Below, one piece after another: positions 46,761 through 56,009 of a stretch of 64,000 nt of DNA. The notes beneath the pieces were generated by a model that was not told where the DNA came from, ran no database searches, and saw nothing but the letters and a program-made list of their open reading frames with translations. This DNA comes from an uncultured Enterobacteriaceae bacterium. GTDB lineage: Bacteria > Myxococcota_A > UBA9042. The stretch's first letter is position 1. Each line of letters starts with the position of its first letter. The translations under genes were made by a program, and so were the position numbers. The stretch covers positions 1,010-65,009 of the forward strand of contig CAYURO010000001.1 of the NCBI GenBank assembly GCA_964447285.1, read 5' to 3'.

Positions 46761-48449
46761 TCAGGGCTGGCGGAATTCCGGGCCAAACATGAAGGCCTGC
46801 AGGCTGCGCTCCGCCCCGCGCTCTAGCCCAGGGACGTCGACCTCCCGGACCTCATGGCTGGAGGGGTCCGTCACCCGCACGCGGTGAGGGACGCCCGCGC
46901 GCACCGGGATCTCGTAGCGGTTGTCGCGGCCGGGTTGGTAGCGCTCACCGTCGACCGTGACGATGCAATTCGCAGGCAGGACCCGGAACTTGATGGTCGC
47001 GTCGCCGACCTGTCGCTCGCGGCCCTTGCGCACCCCGGGTCGGTCGTCGGCGATGGCGACCGCAGCCGTGGCCTCGTCGGGCAGGTCGGCGGGTACACGC
47101 AAGTTGCTGTTGGGGCGGTTGTTTCCCGCCGAAGGCGCCTGGAACGGGCCGACTCGCGTCAGGGGGCCCACGGCTACTCGCGTGGCAGGACCTCCCGCGG
47201 CGACCGAGCCACGGCCGGCACTTTTGGCCCCCGGGACGGGTGCGGAAAGAGAGGCGGGCTCTGGGGTTCTGCGGGCGCCAAACCACCAGCCCAGTCCACC
47301 GGCGAGTGCGAGAGCGACCAGCGCGGCGGTGGCCAGCCGCTTGCGTCCGCGCCGGCGCAATCGGGGCGCTGCGGGCTCGTCTCTGGCACTCGAGGCGGCG
47401 ATGTTCACGACCTCCAAGCCGGGCAGGCTGACGGTCCCTTCCATTGGCGGCCGCATCGGCATGCCGTGAAAGCCAAGCGTCTGGGCCAGCAGCTGGTCGA
47501 AGCTCTGCGCGCGCGCCTCGAGCGTTCGGAAGGCGGGGTCGAGTTCTTGCGCCAGATTCCGTGCGGGAGAGGCTTCGTCCAGCGCGATCAAGCGGCGGTC
47601 CGCGCGTTCCGCCACCTCTTCGGCCTCCCGGCAGCGAAGCTCGACGTCGACCCGCGTCATGTCGGCGATCAGATCGACGGTCTCTGGACTCGCAAGCCCG
47701 CTTCCACGAAGCGTTTCTAGCTTGCCCTCCAGCTGCGCGTACGCCTGCTCCAGCGAGTCGGGATCGCCGACCTCGAGCACGCGCTCTCCCGTCAGCATCT
47801 CCCAGGCGACCAGACCCAGCGCGAAGAGGTCCGCTCGACCGTCGACGGGCAACTGGCGCGCGTGCTCAGGGCTGAGGTACGGCAGCTTGCCTCGCAGCGC
47901 ACCGGCAGACAGGCGATTGAGCAGGGCCGAGCGTGCCACTCCGAAGTCGACGAGCTTGACGTGGCCGTCGCGGCGCACCATCACGTTTGAAGGCGTTACG
48001 TCGTGGTGAACGATCGACAGCAGCTTGCCGTTCGGACTGCGTCGGCTGGCGGCGTGGTGCAGCGCCCGGCCCACACAGGCGATCAAATACAGCGTGGCAA
48101 TCTCGGACATGCGCGGGGGCACCCCGGGTTGCAGCTCGGGCAGGGCCTTCTGCAGCGCGCGCAGGTCAAACCCCTCGACCATCTCGATGGCAAGGAAGTA
48201 CGTGCCGTCTACCAAGCCAAGATCCAAGATCTGCGCGATGTTGGGATGGTCCAGTGCCTCGAGCAGCCGGCCCTCAGCGACGAACTGCCGTACGAGCTCC
48301 GGGTCGGCTGAGAGCTCAGACCGCACGGTTTTGATCACGACCTTCTTGGCGAATCCGGCGGCGCCCTTGGCTTCCGCCAGATAGACCTCGCCCATCCCGC
48401 CGGTAGCGAGGTGGCGGATCAGGCGGTAGCGGCCAAATTCGCTTTGCAA
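46761..48449 (-). CDS. Ser/Thr protein kinase with a TM segment and a C-terminal PEGA-like domain.
   Basis: ORF 46761..48590. The probable TTG start at about 48449 lies 10 nt after the hydrolase stop (MQSEFGRYRLIRHL). Kinase motifs: GGMGEVYLA, VVIK, HHDVTPSNVMV, DFGVA, SPEH. A TM segment (LATAALVALALAGGLGWWFG) is followed by a PEGA-like beta domain. Confidence 0.8.
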   Translation of the reverse strand: MQSEFGRYRLIRHLATGGMGEVYLAEAKGAAGFAKKVVIKTVRSELSADPELVRQFVAEGRLLEALDHPNIAQILDLGLVDGTYFLAIEMVEGFDLRALQKALPELQPGVPPRMSEIATLYLIACVGRALHHAASRRSPNGKLLSIVHHDVTPSNVMVRRDGHVKLVDFGVARSALLNRLSAGALRGKLPYLSPEHARQLPVDGRADLFALGLVAWEMLTGERVLEVGDPDSLEQAYAQLEGKLETLRGSGLASPETVDLIADMTRVDVELRCREAEEVAERADRRLIALDEASPARNLAQELDPAFRTLEARAQSFDQLLAQTLGFHGMPMRPPMEGTVSLPGLEVVNIAASSARDEPAAPRLRRRGRKRLATAALVALALAGGLGWWFGARRTPEPASLSAPVPGAKSAGRGSVAAGGPATRVAVGPLTRVGPFQAPSAGNNRPNSNLRVPADLPDEATAAVAIADDRPGVRKGRERQVGDATIKFRVLPANCIVTVDGERYQPGRDNRYEIPVRAGVPHRVRVTDPSSHEVREVDVPGLERGAERSLQAFMFGPEFRQP

Positions 48450-48459
48450 GTCAGTAGCC

Positions 48460-49332
48460 TCAGGCGGAGTGCGAGTCGAGCCACGCCAGAACGTCGGCGA
48501 ACACCCGCTCGCGGTCGGCGAGGGGCTCATGCAACAGTTCGTGCAGGAAATCCGGGTAGTTGCGAATCGTGTGATCGACGCCGCGGACACCGCCCAGCAG
48601 CGACCGCGTGAAGGCCGAGTCGATCACGCCGTCGCCCGTGCCCAGCAGCGCGAGCATCGGCACCTTGGCCACGTCGCCCACACGCTTCTCCAGTCGCTCC
48701 TGACACGCCAGATACTCGATGTACCAGCGGGCCGTGGCCTGTTTGATGTTCAGCGGGTCGGTGTCATAGGCCCTGGCCTCGTCGGGGTCGCGGCTGACCA
48801 TGGCTCCGGAGAGGCCGGTCGGCAGCGCGAGTGTCGGGTGCACCTTGGCGGCGACCTTGGCGGCGGCAGCCTTCCACGGCGGGATCTGCATCTTGTTGCG
48901 GGTCGAGGGGTTGGACACGACCAGGCCGCAGATTCCATCGGGCGCGTCGCCGGCTGCGTGCAGCGCGATCAAGCCGCCCATCGAGTGCCCGAACAGGAAC
49001 GGCTTGGTGCCCAGTCGAGATCTCGCAAAGGGCATCACGGTTGCCAGATCGGCCAGGTATTCGTCGAAGCGGTCGACATAGGCCCGCACACCCGCGCTGC
49101 GGCCATGCCCACGAGCGTCGTACGCGAACACCGACCAGCCCGAGCGGGCCAGAAACTCGGCAAATTCCGTATACCGCCCCAAGTGTTCGGCAAATCCATG
49201 GACGATCAGCACGCCGCCCTTGGCATTCTCTGCGATCCACTCGGCGTGGTGCAGCAGCAGCCCGTCGGGGGCCTGAATCTGACCCGTCGTTACCTGAAAG
49301 GCGTGTTGGGTCGCCTCGGGGGGCTGTGTCAC
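48460..49332 (-). CDS. Alpha/beta-fold hydrolase (lysophospholipase / monoglyceride-lipase-like).
   Basis: ORF 48460..49332. It has HGFAEH, the nucleophile elbow GHSMGG and a C-terminal His region. Confidence 0.7.
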   Translation of the reverse strand: MTQPPEATQHAFQVTTGQIQAPDGLLLHHAEWIAENAKGGVLIVHGFAEHLGRYTEFAEFLARSGWSVFAYDARGHGRSAGVRAYVDRFDEYLADLATVMPFARSRLGTKPFLFGHSMGGLIALHAAGDAPDGICGLVVSNPSTRNKMQIPPWKAAAAKVAAKVHPTLALPTGLSGAMVSRDPDEARAYDTDPLNIKQATARWYIEYLACQERLEKRVGDVAKVPMLALLGTGDGVIDSAFTRSLLGGVRGVDHTIRNYPDFLHELLHEPLADRERVFADVLAWLDSHSA

Positions 49333-50075
49333 GGAGACCTCCGGTCGGGCGTCGCGTTGGCAGGCGGCCGGGCTTTGGGGGCGCAGCGCGCGTTCTTGCG
49401 GGCGAACATCGCCTTCTGTGCGACGGGATAGCGCGCCAACACCAGACCGAGACGAGCAAATTCCGCTGCCGTAAAGCCGTTTTGCGCAAAGACGCGAGCG
49501 GCGGCATGGGCGTGGGCGATGGGGTCGGTCTTGCCGTCGGGCCCCAGGATCTCGCGCTGGAGGCAGGCGACCTCGGCAAATGTGAAGGCATAGCGGTCGA
49601 CCAGCTCGCGTGGCACGAGACCGGCTGCCGCATCATACACGCAGCCCGCGACCTCGGCGGCCAGCCAGCGGACGGTCGGCGGGTGGGCGTCGGCCAGCGG
49701 TTGCGCCTTGCGATAGCGGTCCAACAGGGCGGGGTCGGCTTCGGGCACGGTCGCCGTCGGGTCCAGAGCCGCACCCGTTGCGGTCGGGTCCCGCGCCAGC
49801 AGCGCGATCGCCATGGCCTCTGCCCGGACGTCGGTCACCTGAAATTTCTGCGCGCACAGTTGAAGGCGACGCGCATCCAGATAGCCTTCACGCGGTAGTC
49901 CCAGATCCGGCAGCGGGTCTTCGACCGGCGCCTCGGTCGCGACAGGCGGTGGCGGAACCTCACGGGACGGTGCAGGCGACTTGCCGCACGAGGCCAGCAC
50001 GAAGGCGAGCACCGACAACACGACGAGCGCGTGTGGCACAACGACACTTGGCGATGGAATTCGGGGTAGACGCAT
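49329..50075 (-). CDS. Hypothetical lipoprotein.
   Basis: ORF 49329..50174, trimmed to the ATG at 50075 (MRLPRIPSPSVVVPHALVVLSVLAFVLASCG). It overlaps the hydrolase start by 4 nt. Confidence 0.45.
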   Translation of the reverse strand: MRLPRIPSPSVVVPHALVVLSVLAFVLASCGKSPAPSREVPPPPVATEAPVEDPLPDLGLPREGYLDARRLQLCAQKFQVTDVRAEAMAIALLARDPTATGAALDPTATVPEADPALLDRYRKAQPLADAHPPTVRWLAAEVAGCVYDAAAGLVPRELVDRYAFTFAEVACLQREILGPDGKTDPIAHAHAAARVFAQNGFTAAEFARLGLVLARYPVAQKAMFARKNARCAPKARPPANATPDRRSP

Positions 50076-52677
50076 GGCTCGGCCGACGAAAGGGGGCGAA
50101 CGACTCGCCCGTGACGCAACGAGCGCAACAGTCTGCCACCACTGTGGGGATTCCTCTACCGTCCCATGGGCCACACGAAAGGAACGGCATGGATTTGCCG
50201 CCGGGGTCCTCGTCTCGCTGCTGTGGGTCTGTGGGCTGGCGGTGGCGTGCGGCGGGAGCCGTGGCGATTTTCGCCTCGCGCCGGTCGGCCATCACGCGGT
50301 GCATGTCGGCGAGACATGGACACATTCCCTGACGGTGGTGGGCGAGCCGTCTGCGCCGCTGACCTGGAAGTTGGTCGCTGGGCCGGCGGGGCTTGCGCTG
50401 CTGGAGACCTCTGCCGGGCCCCAACTGGTGTGGGTGCCGGACGCGTTGCGGTTGGGGCCCAGTCCGGCGGGGAAGCCACGGGTCGCAGGGCCGCTGCTGC
50501 AAGTGCGGGTGCAGGCGACGGATGCGGATGGCATCTCGCGGACCGCGGAAGGGACGTTGCAGGTCGTGCCGACGCCGCTGCCGCACGGGATCGACGCACC
50601 AACTTGGGCGCACCTGCCGCTGACCGACGGGCGCACGTTGCGCGTAGAAGTCCGCACAGACACGACGGATCTGGCGGGGATGCCGGTTGTGCTGGACCCC
50701 GCTTTCGCCGGGCAGGCAGAACTGATGCCGGTAGCCGTGGGCCGCTATCTCCTGCGGTTTCGTCCCGATGACGCCATGATTCGCAAGTCTACTCGGGTCG
50801 TTGTGCGGCTGGCGTCGCCCGACTGGCAGGCGCCGGTTGCTGTGCACGAACTCGAGGTCGAGTGGACCGGGGCGCGAGAGGCGGCGCCGTGCCTGCTGGA
50901 CTCGCCGGTCCTTCGGGTCGACCTGCCCGCGCAAGTCACATCTGTCGCTGCACTATCCGCGTCGGTGATGGTGCTGGACGGCAACGGTCCACCGGCTTTC
51001 GTGCAGGTGCGCACTGCCGCCGTCGAGGACAGGGCCGACCACATGGAAACCCTTGTGCCGACGCTGGACCCCTTGGACGGCAGCCGCGGCGTGGTCGTCC
51101 GTACGTTGTCCGTGCCGGGGGGGCCAGAAGGGGTTGGGGCAGGGTTGGTTTCCGTTGCGTTGTGGGCGCGAGACTTGGACGACCCGATGTTTGGCGTGTG
51201 CGGCGGGTCGGCGGCGTGGCCGGCACAGGGCGAGGCGCTGGTCGGCGTCGGGACCGGCTGCACCGACGACGCGACGCCAGCGACAACGGCATCACCTGTG
51301 GAACTATTGCCGAACCTGCCGATCGTGCGGCGCGGGTGTCCGCAACAGGCAGACGTAGCCCGGTTGCAGGTGCCGGCGGGTCGTGCGGCGTGGGTTCGCC
51401 TCGAGTCGCCGCAGGGCTGGCCCCAGGTGGACTTCGAAGTGCGCGGCGATAAAGCCGTGCTGTGCCAAGGACATAGCCTCGGTCGTCCGTGCGGTGTCGC
51501 CCCGTCTCCCGTGGACCGCACGCTGGACGTCGTCTCGACAGCGACCGCCCCTACTTCTGCATCGCTGTGGGCGATTCTTGGCGATGACGGCTGCGACCCT
51601 GCCTCCCAGAACGGCGCGGCGACCTTGACGGAATCGTGGACGGAAGGTCGGCTGTGCGCTGGAGAGTCGCGGTCGTTCCTGCTGCCGGCGGCGTCTGCTG
51701 GCCGTGCCTCGGTCGAGGTGGTGACCGATGCGGGTCCGCTGGAGTTGGTGGCGGTGGGGCCAGATGGCAAGCCGGTGCAGGTCTGGTCGGACCGAGGCGG
51801 CGGGCTGTTCGCAGACGTGGTGCCGGGTTCCGTGGCGTTGTCGGCGTTGCGGTTGGTACAGACGGGCGACCGCCCGGCGACCTTCCGTATGCGCGTGCTC
51901 GCCGCGAGCGAAGGACCCATGCCGCTGCAAGGGGACCCGTTTGCCCTTGCGACCGACGACTGGCTTTGGCTGCCGGGCGCCTTGGTCGTGATCGCGGACC
52001 TCTCGCACGTCCGCCGAATCGCGTGGAGTGCCGAACGCGAGGGTTCCGTCACTTGGACTCTCGTTGTGGGCACAGTCCAAGGGATGCTCTCGATCTGGAA
52101 CGGGATTCCGCCTGAGGACGTCGTGCCGACCGCTGCCATGCCGATGCTCGCCGCCGAGGTGACGCTGACCACGGCCGGGGTCTGGCAGCTGACCACCGCG
52201 CAGGGCCCCGGCCTGTTGGTCGCCGAATGGACGCCGATGCATGACAGGGGCGGGTTTGGTCGTTTCGGCACGTCGCTTCCAGCCTCCGACGCCGCCTGCG
52301 TGCCCGATCGGTTGGACCGCGTCGGCGATTCCGAGGCCGTCCCGGTGCTGCTGGCTGCACCTGGTCCACGCCCGCTGGTGGTAGCCGACCTGACGATGTG
52401 CAGTGCCGATCAGGATTGGGTCTCGTTCCCCACCGCGGCGGATGCGCTTGTCGAGGTCGCCACGCTGTCGCGGGAGGAAGCGGCGCCGCCGATCGAGGTC
52501 ACCGCGCCCGATGGCACCGTCTGCGTCTCGACCGAAGCGAACACGTCTGCCGCGCCGCCCGGGCTGCAACCGGTGAGTCGGCAGTTGGCGACGTGTTGGG
52601 TGCGGCAGGCCGGGCTCGTGCGAGTCAGGATTGGCCCAGGGGCTTGGCGTTACGATTTGGTGGTAAGGGCGCGCTGA
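50074..52677 (+). CDS. Large (about 870 aa) secreted/lipoprotein-like hypothetical protein, Cys-containing and beta-rich, with no recognisable domain.
   Basis: ORF 49981..52677. The only in-frame ATG before the hydrophobic segment (GFAAGVLVSLLWVCGLAVACGG) is at 50074, so the start is uncertain. Confidence 0.45.
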   Translation: MARPTKGGERLARDATSATVCHHCGDSSTVPWATRKERHGFAAGVLVSLLWVCGLAVACGGSRGDFRLAPVGHHAVHVGETWTHSLTVVGEPSAPLTWKLVAGPAGLALLETSAGPQLVWVPDALRLGPSPAGKPRVAGPLLQVRVQATDADGISRTAEGTLQVVPTPLPHGIDAPTWAHLPLTDGRTLRVEVRTDTTDLAGMPVVLDPAFAGQAELMPVAVGRYLLRFRPDDAMIRKSTRVVVRLASPDWQAPVAVHELEVEWTGAREAAPCLLDSPVLRVDLPAQVTSVAALSASVMVLDGNGPPAFVQVRTAAVEDRADHMETLVPTLDPLDGSRGVVVRTLSVPGGPEGVGAGLVSVALWARDLDDPMFGVCGGSAAWPAQGEALVGVGTGCTDDATPATTASPVELLPNLPIVRRGCPQQADVARLQVPAGRAAWVRLESPQGWPQVDFEVRGDKAVLCQGHSLGRPCGVAPSPVDRTLDVVSTATAPTSASLWAILGDDGCDPASQNGAATLTESWTEGRLCAGESRSFLLPAASAGRASVEVVTDAGPLELVAVGPDGKPVQVWSDRGGGLFADVVPGSVALSALRLVQTGDRPATFRMRVLAASEGPMPLQGDPFALATDDWLWLPGALVVIADLSHVRRIAWSAEREGSVTWTLVVGTVQGMLSIWNGIPPEDVVPTAAMPMLAAEVTLTTAGVWQLTTAQGPGLLVAEWTPMHDRGGFGRFGTSLPASDAACVPDRLDRVGDSEAVPVLLAAPGPRPLVVADLTMCSADQDWVSFPTAADALVEVATLSREEAAPPIEVTAPDGTVCVSTEANTSAAPPGLQPVSRQLATCWVRQAGLVRVRIGPGAWRYDLVVRAR

Positions 52678-52803
52678 ACGCGACCGAGGCCGTTGCGTCT
52701 GCGGATCCGGGGCGACCCTACAGTGGGTGAAACTCCCCAACTTGTTGTGATGCTGGTATCGTGCGCGCCGTTCGACCCGGCCGCACGCCTTGCAGGATCC
52801 CGG

Positions 52804-53613
52804 ATGCCGCTCGCTCGCTCGCTCATTCCCAAGCCTCTGTTGCTCGCCGCCGTGGCGCTGGGCCTGCTGTTGGCCGCGCCGTCGGTGCACGCGCAGGCAA
52901 TCGCCTTGAAGATCGCATGGTTGAAGGTCGGCGGGGGCGACCCAAGCTCTGAGCTGACGGCCTGGGCGCAAGAGATTCGCCTGCGCACCAGCATCGACAT
53001 CGCGCCAAACCCGGTCGGCGTGCGGCCAGAAGACCCGACGATCTTTCAGTATCCGCTGCTGTATTGGGGCGGGGACCGCAACCCGGGCAAGCTGACTCCC
53101 GAGGCTGTGGTGCATTTGCGCCAGCATCTGTCGACGGGCGGCACCCTCATCATCGACAACACGGGGAAGGCAGAAGCGTCACAGGCGTTCGACGCGGGCG
53201 TCCGACGAGAGTTGTTGCGGATCTTTCCCCAGCCTTTGCAGAGGGTTCCGCCCAATCATGTCGTGTTTCGCAGCTTCTATCGCCTGGACCGCCCCGTCGG
53301 CCGGCGCGCGGATTCCCACGATCTCGAAGGCTTGCGAGTGGGTGCGCATTTTGCCGTGCTGTACACCCGCAACGACCTGGCCGGCGCGTTTGCTCGGCTG
53401 CCGTTTGGGGGCTTTGCGCTCACCGTGGTGCCTGGGGGGGAGAACCAGCGAGAACAGGCGTTTCGGCTTGGCGTAAACCTGCTGATGTACGCGCTTTGCC
53501 TGGACTACAAGGATGACCACACCCACGTGATGCACCTGCTGCGCTATCGTCGGGGGACCCAGGTACCGTCCGCCCACGCCGCCCCTGACGAAGAGGAGCC
53601 CATGACGCCATGA
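52804..53613 (+). CDS. Secreted DUF4159-like (GATase1-like fold) protein.
   Basis: ORF 52693..53613, trimmed to the ATG at 52804 (MPLARSLIPKPLLLAAVALGLLLAAPSVHAQA). Motifs: LLYWGGD, GGTLIIDN, YALCLDYKDD. Assignment by resemblance; moderate confidence. Confidence 0.45.
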   Translation: MPLARSLIPKPLLLAAVALGLLLAAPSVHAQAIALKIAWLKVGGGDPSSELTAWAQEIRLRTSIDIAPNPVGVRPEDPTIFQYPLLYWGGDRNPGKLTPEAVVHLRQHLSTGGTLIIDNTGKAEASQAFDAGVRRELLRIFPQPLQRVPPNHVVFRSFYRLDRPVGRRADSHDLEGLRVGAHFAVLYTRNDLAGAFARLPFGGFALTVVPGGENQREQAFRLGVNLLMYALCLDYKDDHTHVMHLLRYRRGTQVPSAHAAPDEEEPMTP

Positions 53614-55916
53614 TCGCCTGGGCCGGCCTCTTTGCCGTAGGAAACCCAACGGGACGTTTGGAGTGGGCGCTGCGCTGGTCCTGGGCGCCACGACTCGCGG
53701 TGATCGTGCTCGCGTTGGGCATTCTGGGCCTTGCATGGCTGAATCTGCGCCAGCTGTCGGTGCCGCGCCGGCGCTACACCCTGCTGGGGTTGCGGGCGCT
53801 GCTGTTGGCCAGCTTGCTGCTTGTACTTCTGCAGCCCACTTGGGTGAGCCAGAGCCCCCGCACGGTCGCCCGGCGAGTGGCGGTCGTCGTGGACCGGTCG
53901 CTGTCGATGGCGCGCGGCGTGAACGGCGACCGGCGATGGGACCGCGCGCGCGCGGCGGCGAAGAAGCTGTCGGCGGGGCACTCGGTGTCGCTGTTCACCC
54001 TAGCCGATGACCTGCAGCCAGTCAGCGGTGTCGAGGCGTTGGCGCGGACCAACCCCGACGGCGCGGCGACCGATTTTCTCTCAGCTTTGGCAGAGTTGGG
54101 CGAGCGGCGGCGGCTGACCGACCTGGCAGCCGTGGTTCTGATCAGCGACGGTCTGGACACCGGACGGTTGCGGGCGCGCAACCCCGCGGTCGAGAGCCCG
54201 CTGGACGAGGAATCGAACGCGCTGGTCGAGCATTTGGGCGTGCCCATCCACAGCGTCTTCGTCGGCGACCCCAAGCCTGCGCGAGATCTGGCAGTTTCCG
54301 CGATCCGGGCCAGCTCGTTCGCCTTCACGCGCACCTTCATGCCTGTTGCGGTCGACGTCGAGATCAGCGGCTATGCCGAGCGGTCCGAGAGCCTTGCCCT
54401 CGTGCTGTCTGACAACGGCAAGCCGGTCGTGACACGTCAGGTACCGCTTGCAGGACCAGGAAGGCGGACGATTGACTTGGAATTCCAGCCGTTGCACGTG
54501 GGTCCGCACGTCCTGGAGGCGTCGATCGTGCCACTGCCGGACGAGCTGACCGAGACCAACAACCGCGCGTGGGCGGGCCTGCGGGTGGTGCGCGACCGGG
54601 TCCGCGTCCTGCACTTGGCCGGACACCCCTCGTGGGACAGCCGCTTCCTGCGCACCCACCTGCGCGGCAACCCCGCGGTCGACCTCGTGTCCTTCTACGT
54701 CATGGTGGGGCAGGGCTCGGGCGCGTATGTCTCAGCCGACGACACCACCCTGATTCCGTTTCCCACGCGCGAGATATTCGAAGAGTCGCTGAGCAGTTTT
54801 GACCTCTTGATCTTTCAGGACTTTCCGTTCGGACCCTTCCAGATCGACCAGTACCTGCCGCAGCTGCGGAACTACGTCACCGGCGGTGGCGCCTTTCTGG
54901 TCCTGGGCGGGCGGCAGGCCCTCAGCGGCGGCGGTTACTACGGGACGGGCTTGGCGGACTGGCTGCCTCTGCGCCTGCAGCCGCTGACGGGTGACGATGT
55001 CGGCTATCTGGACGGTCCACTGCCGTTGCGACTGACGCCGGCGGGAGAGACGCATCCGGTCGCTCGACTTGCCGGAGATCCTGAGGCGAATCGGGAGGCT
55101 TGGGGACGCAACTCCTTCCAGGGCCGCAACACAGCGCTGCTGCCAGGCGAGACCGGGCTGGTGCTTGTCACCGACGCCGCCGGGCATCCGCTGGTGGCGG
55201 TGGGCGAGGCGGGTTCTGGACGCAGCGCCGTGGTCGCGACGGACTCGCTGTGGACTTGGGCATTTCCCGCCACGGCAGCGGAGACGACCCGCGACCGCAG
55301 CCGCACCGAGTACCACCGACTGCTGGACCAGTTGACGGCGTGGCTGTTGCGCGACCCGGAAGTCGATGCGTTGCGGGTAGATGCGCCGGGTGACCCGGTT
55401 TCGTTCGGCACGCCAGTGCACCTGCAGGTCACGGCGGTCGGCGCAGCGGGCGAACCTCTGGCGGGTGTCACGGTGCAGTACGCCGTCGAGCCGATGGCGC
55501 AAGCACCAGCCCCGGCCTCGCCGAAGCAGTCTTGGCCAGAACCCACCGACGTCCGCGGTGCCGTGTCCTTGCAGATCGCCGACCTGACCCCGGGGCCGCA
55601 TCGCCTGGTCGTCGAGGCCCTGATCGGTGGCCGGGTTGAACAGGCGACGGCGCCGCTTGTCATCCTGCCGCCCAGCGGCGAGGGGTCGCTGATTCAGCCT
55701 TCCGACGCGTTGCTGCGCAGTCTCGCCAAGGCGTCGGGCGGGCAGGTCTGGCAGGGCCGTGCGCCGGCCGAGGGCGTGCCGATGGGCCTGCGCGACGGTC
55801 TGGATTTCGCCGACGGCGTGTACACGGACTTGTGGAGTCGGCCAGAGATTTTGCTGTGGCTGGTCGCGCTGTTGGGCCTCGAGTGGGCCCTGCGGCGTCG
55901 CTGGGGCCTTGCCTGA
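53610..55916 (+). CDS. BatA-like membrane protein with an N-terminal double-TM domain and a vWA-like domain (aerotolerance / MoxR-accessory family).
   Basis: ORF 53610..55916. It has two N-terminal TM helices and a MIDAS-like VVVDRSLSMA. It overlaps the DUF4159 gene by 4 nt. The C-terminal TM segment is ILLWLVALLGLEWAL. Confidence 0.55.
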   Translation: MIAWAGLFAVGNPTGRLEWALRWSWAPRLAVIVLALGILGLAWLNLRQLSVPRRRYTLLGLRALLLASLLLVLLQPTWVSQSPRTVARRVAVVVDRSLSMARGVNGDRRWDRARAAAKKLSAGHSVSLFTLADDLQPVSGVEALARTNPDGAATDFLSALAELGERRRLTDLAAVVLISDGLDTGRLRARNPAVESPLDEESNALVEHLGVPIHSVFVGDPKPARDLAVSAIRASSFAFTRTFMPVAVDVEISGYAERSESLALVLSDNGKPVVTRQVPLAGPGRRTIDLEFQPLHVGPHVLEASIVPLPDELTETNNRAWAGLRVVRDRVRVLHLAGHPSWDSRFLRTHLRGNPAVDLVSFYVMVGQGSGAYVSADDTTLIPFPTREIFEESLSSFDLLIFQDFPFGPFQIDQYLPQLRNYVTGGGAFLVLGGRQALSGGGYYGTGLADWLPLRLQPLTGDDVGYLDGPLPLRLTPAGETHPVARLAGDPEANREAWGRNSFQGRNTALLPGETGLVLVTDAAGHPLVAVGEAGSGRSAVVATDSLWTWAFPATAAETTRDRSRTEYHRLLDQLTAWLLRDPEVDALRVDAPGDPVSFGTPVHLQVTAVGAAGEPLAGVTVQYAVEPMAQAPAPASPKQSWPEPTDVRGAVSLQIADLTPGPHRLVVEALIGGRVEQATAPLVILPPSGEGSLIQPSDALLRSLAKASGGQVWQGRAPAEGVPMGLRDGLDFADGVYTDLWSRPEILLWLVALLGLEWALRRRWGLA

Positions 55917-56009
55917 TCCGGGACCTTTGCCTACCGTGGCCCGCATCGAACGTCCTGCCTTGATCTGCCGCCGTCCATCGTCGGCGCTTGTCCGCAACTT
56001 GAGGTATCC

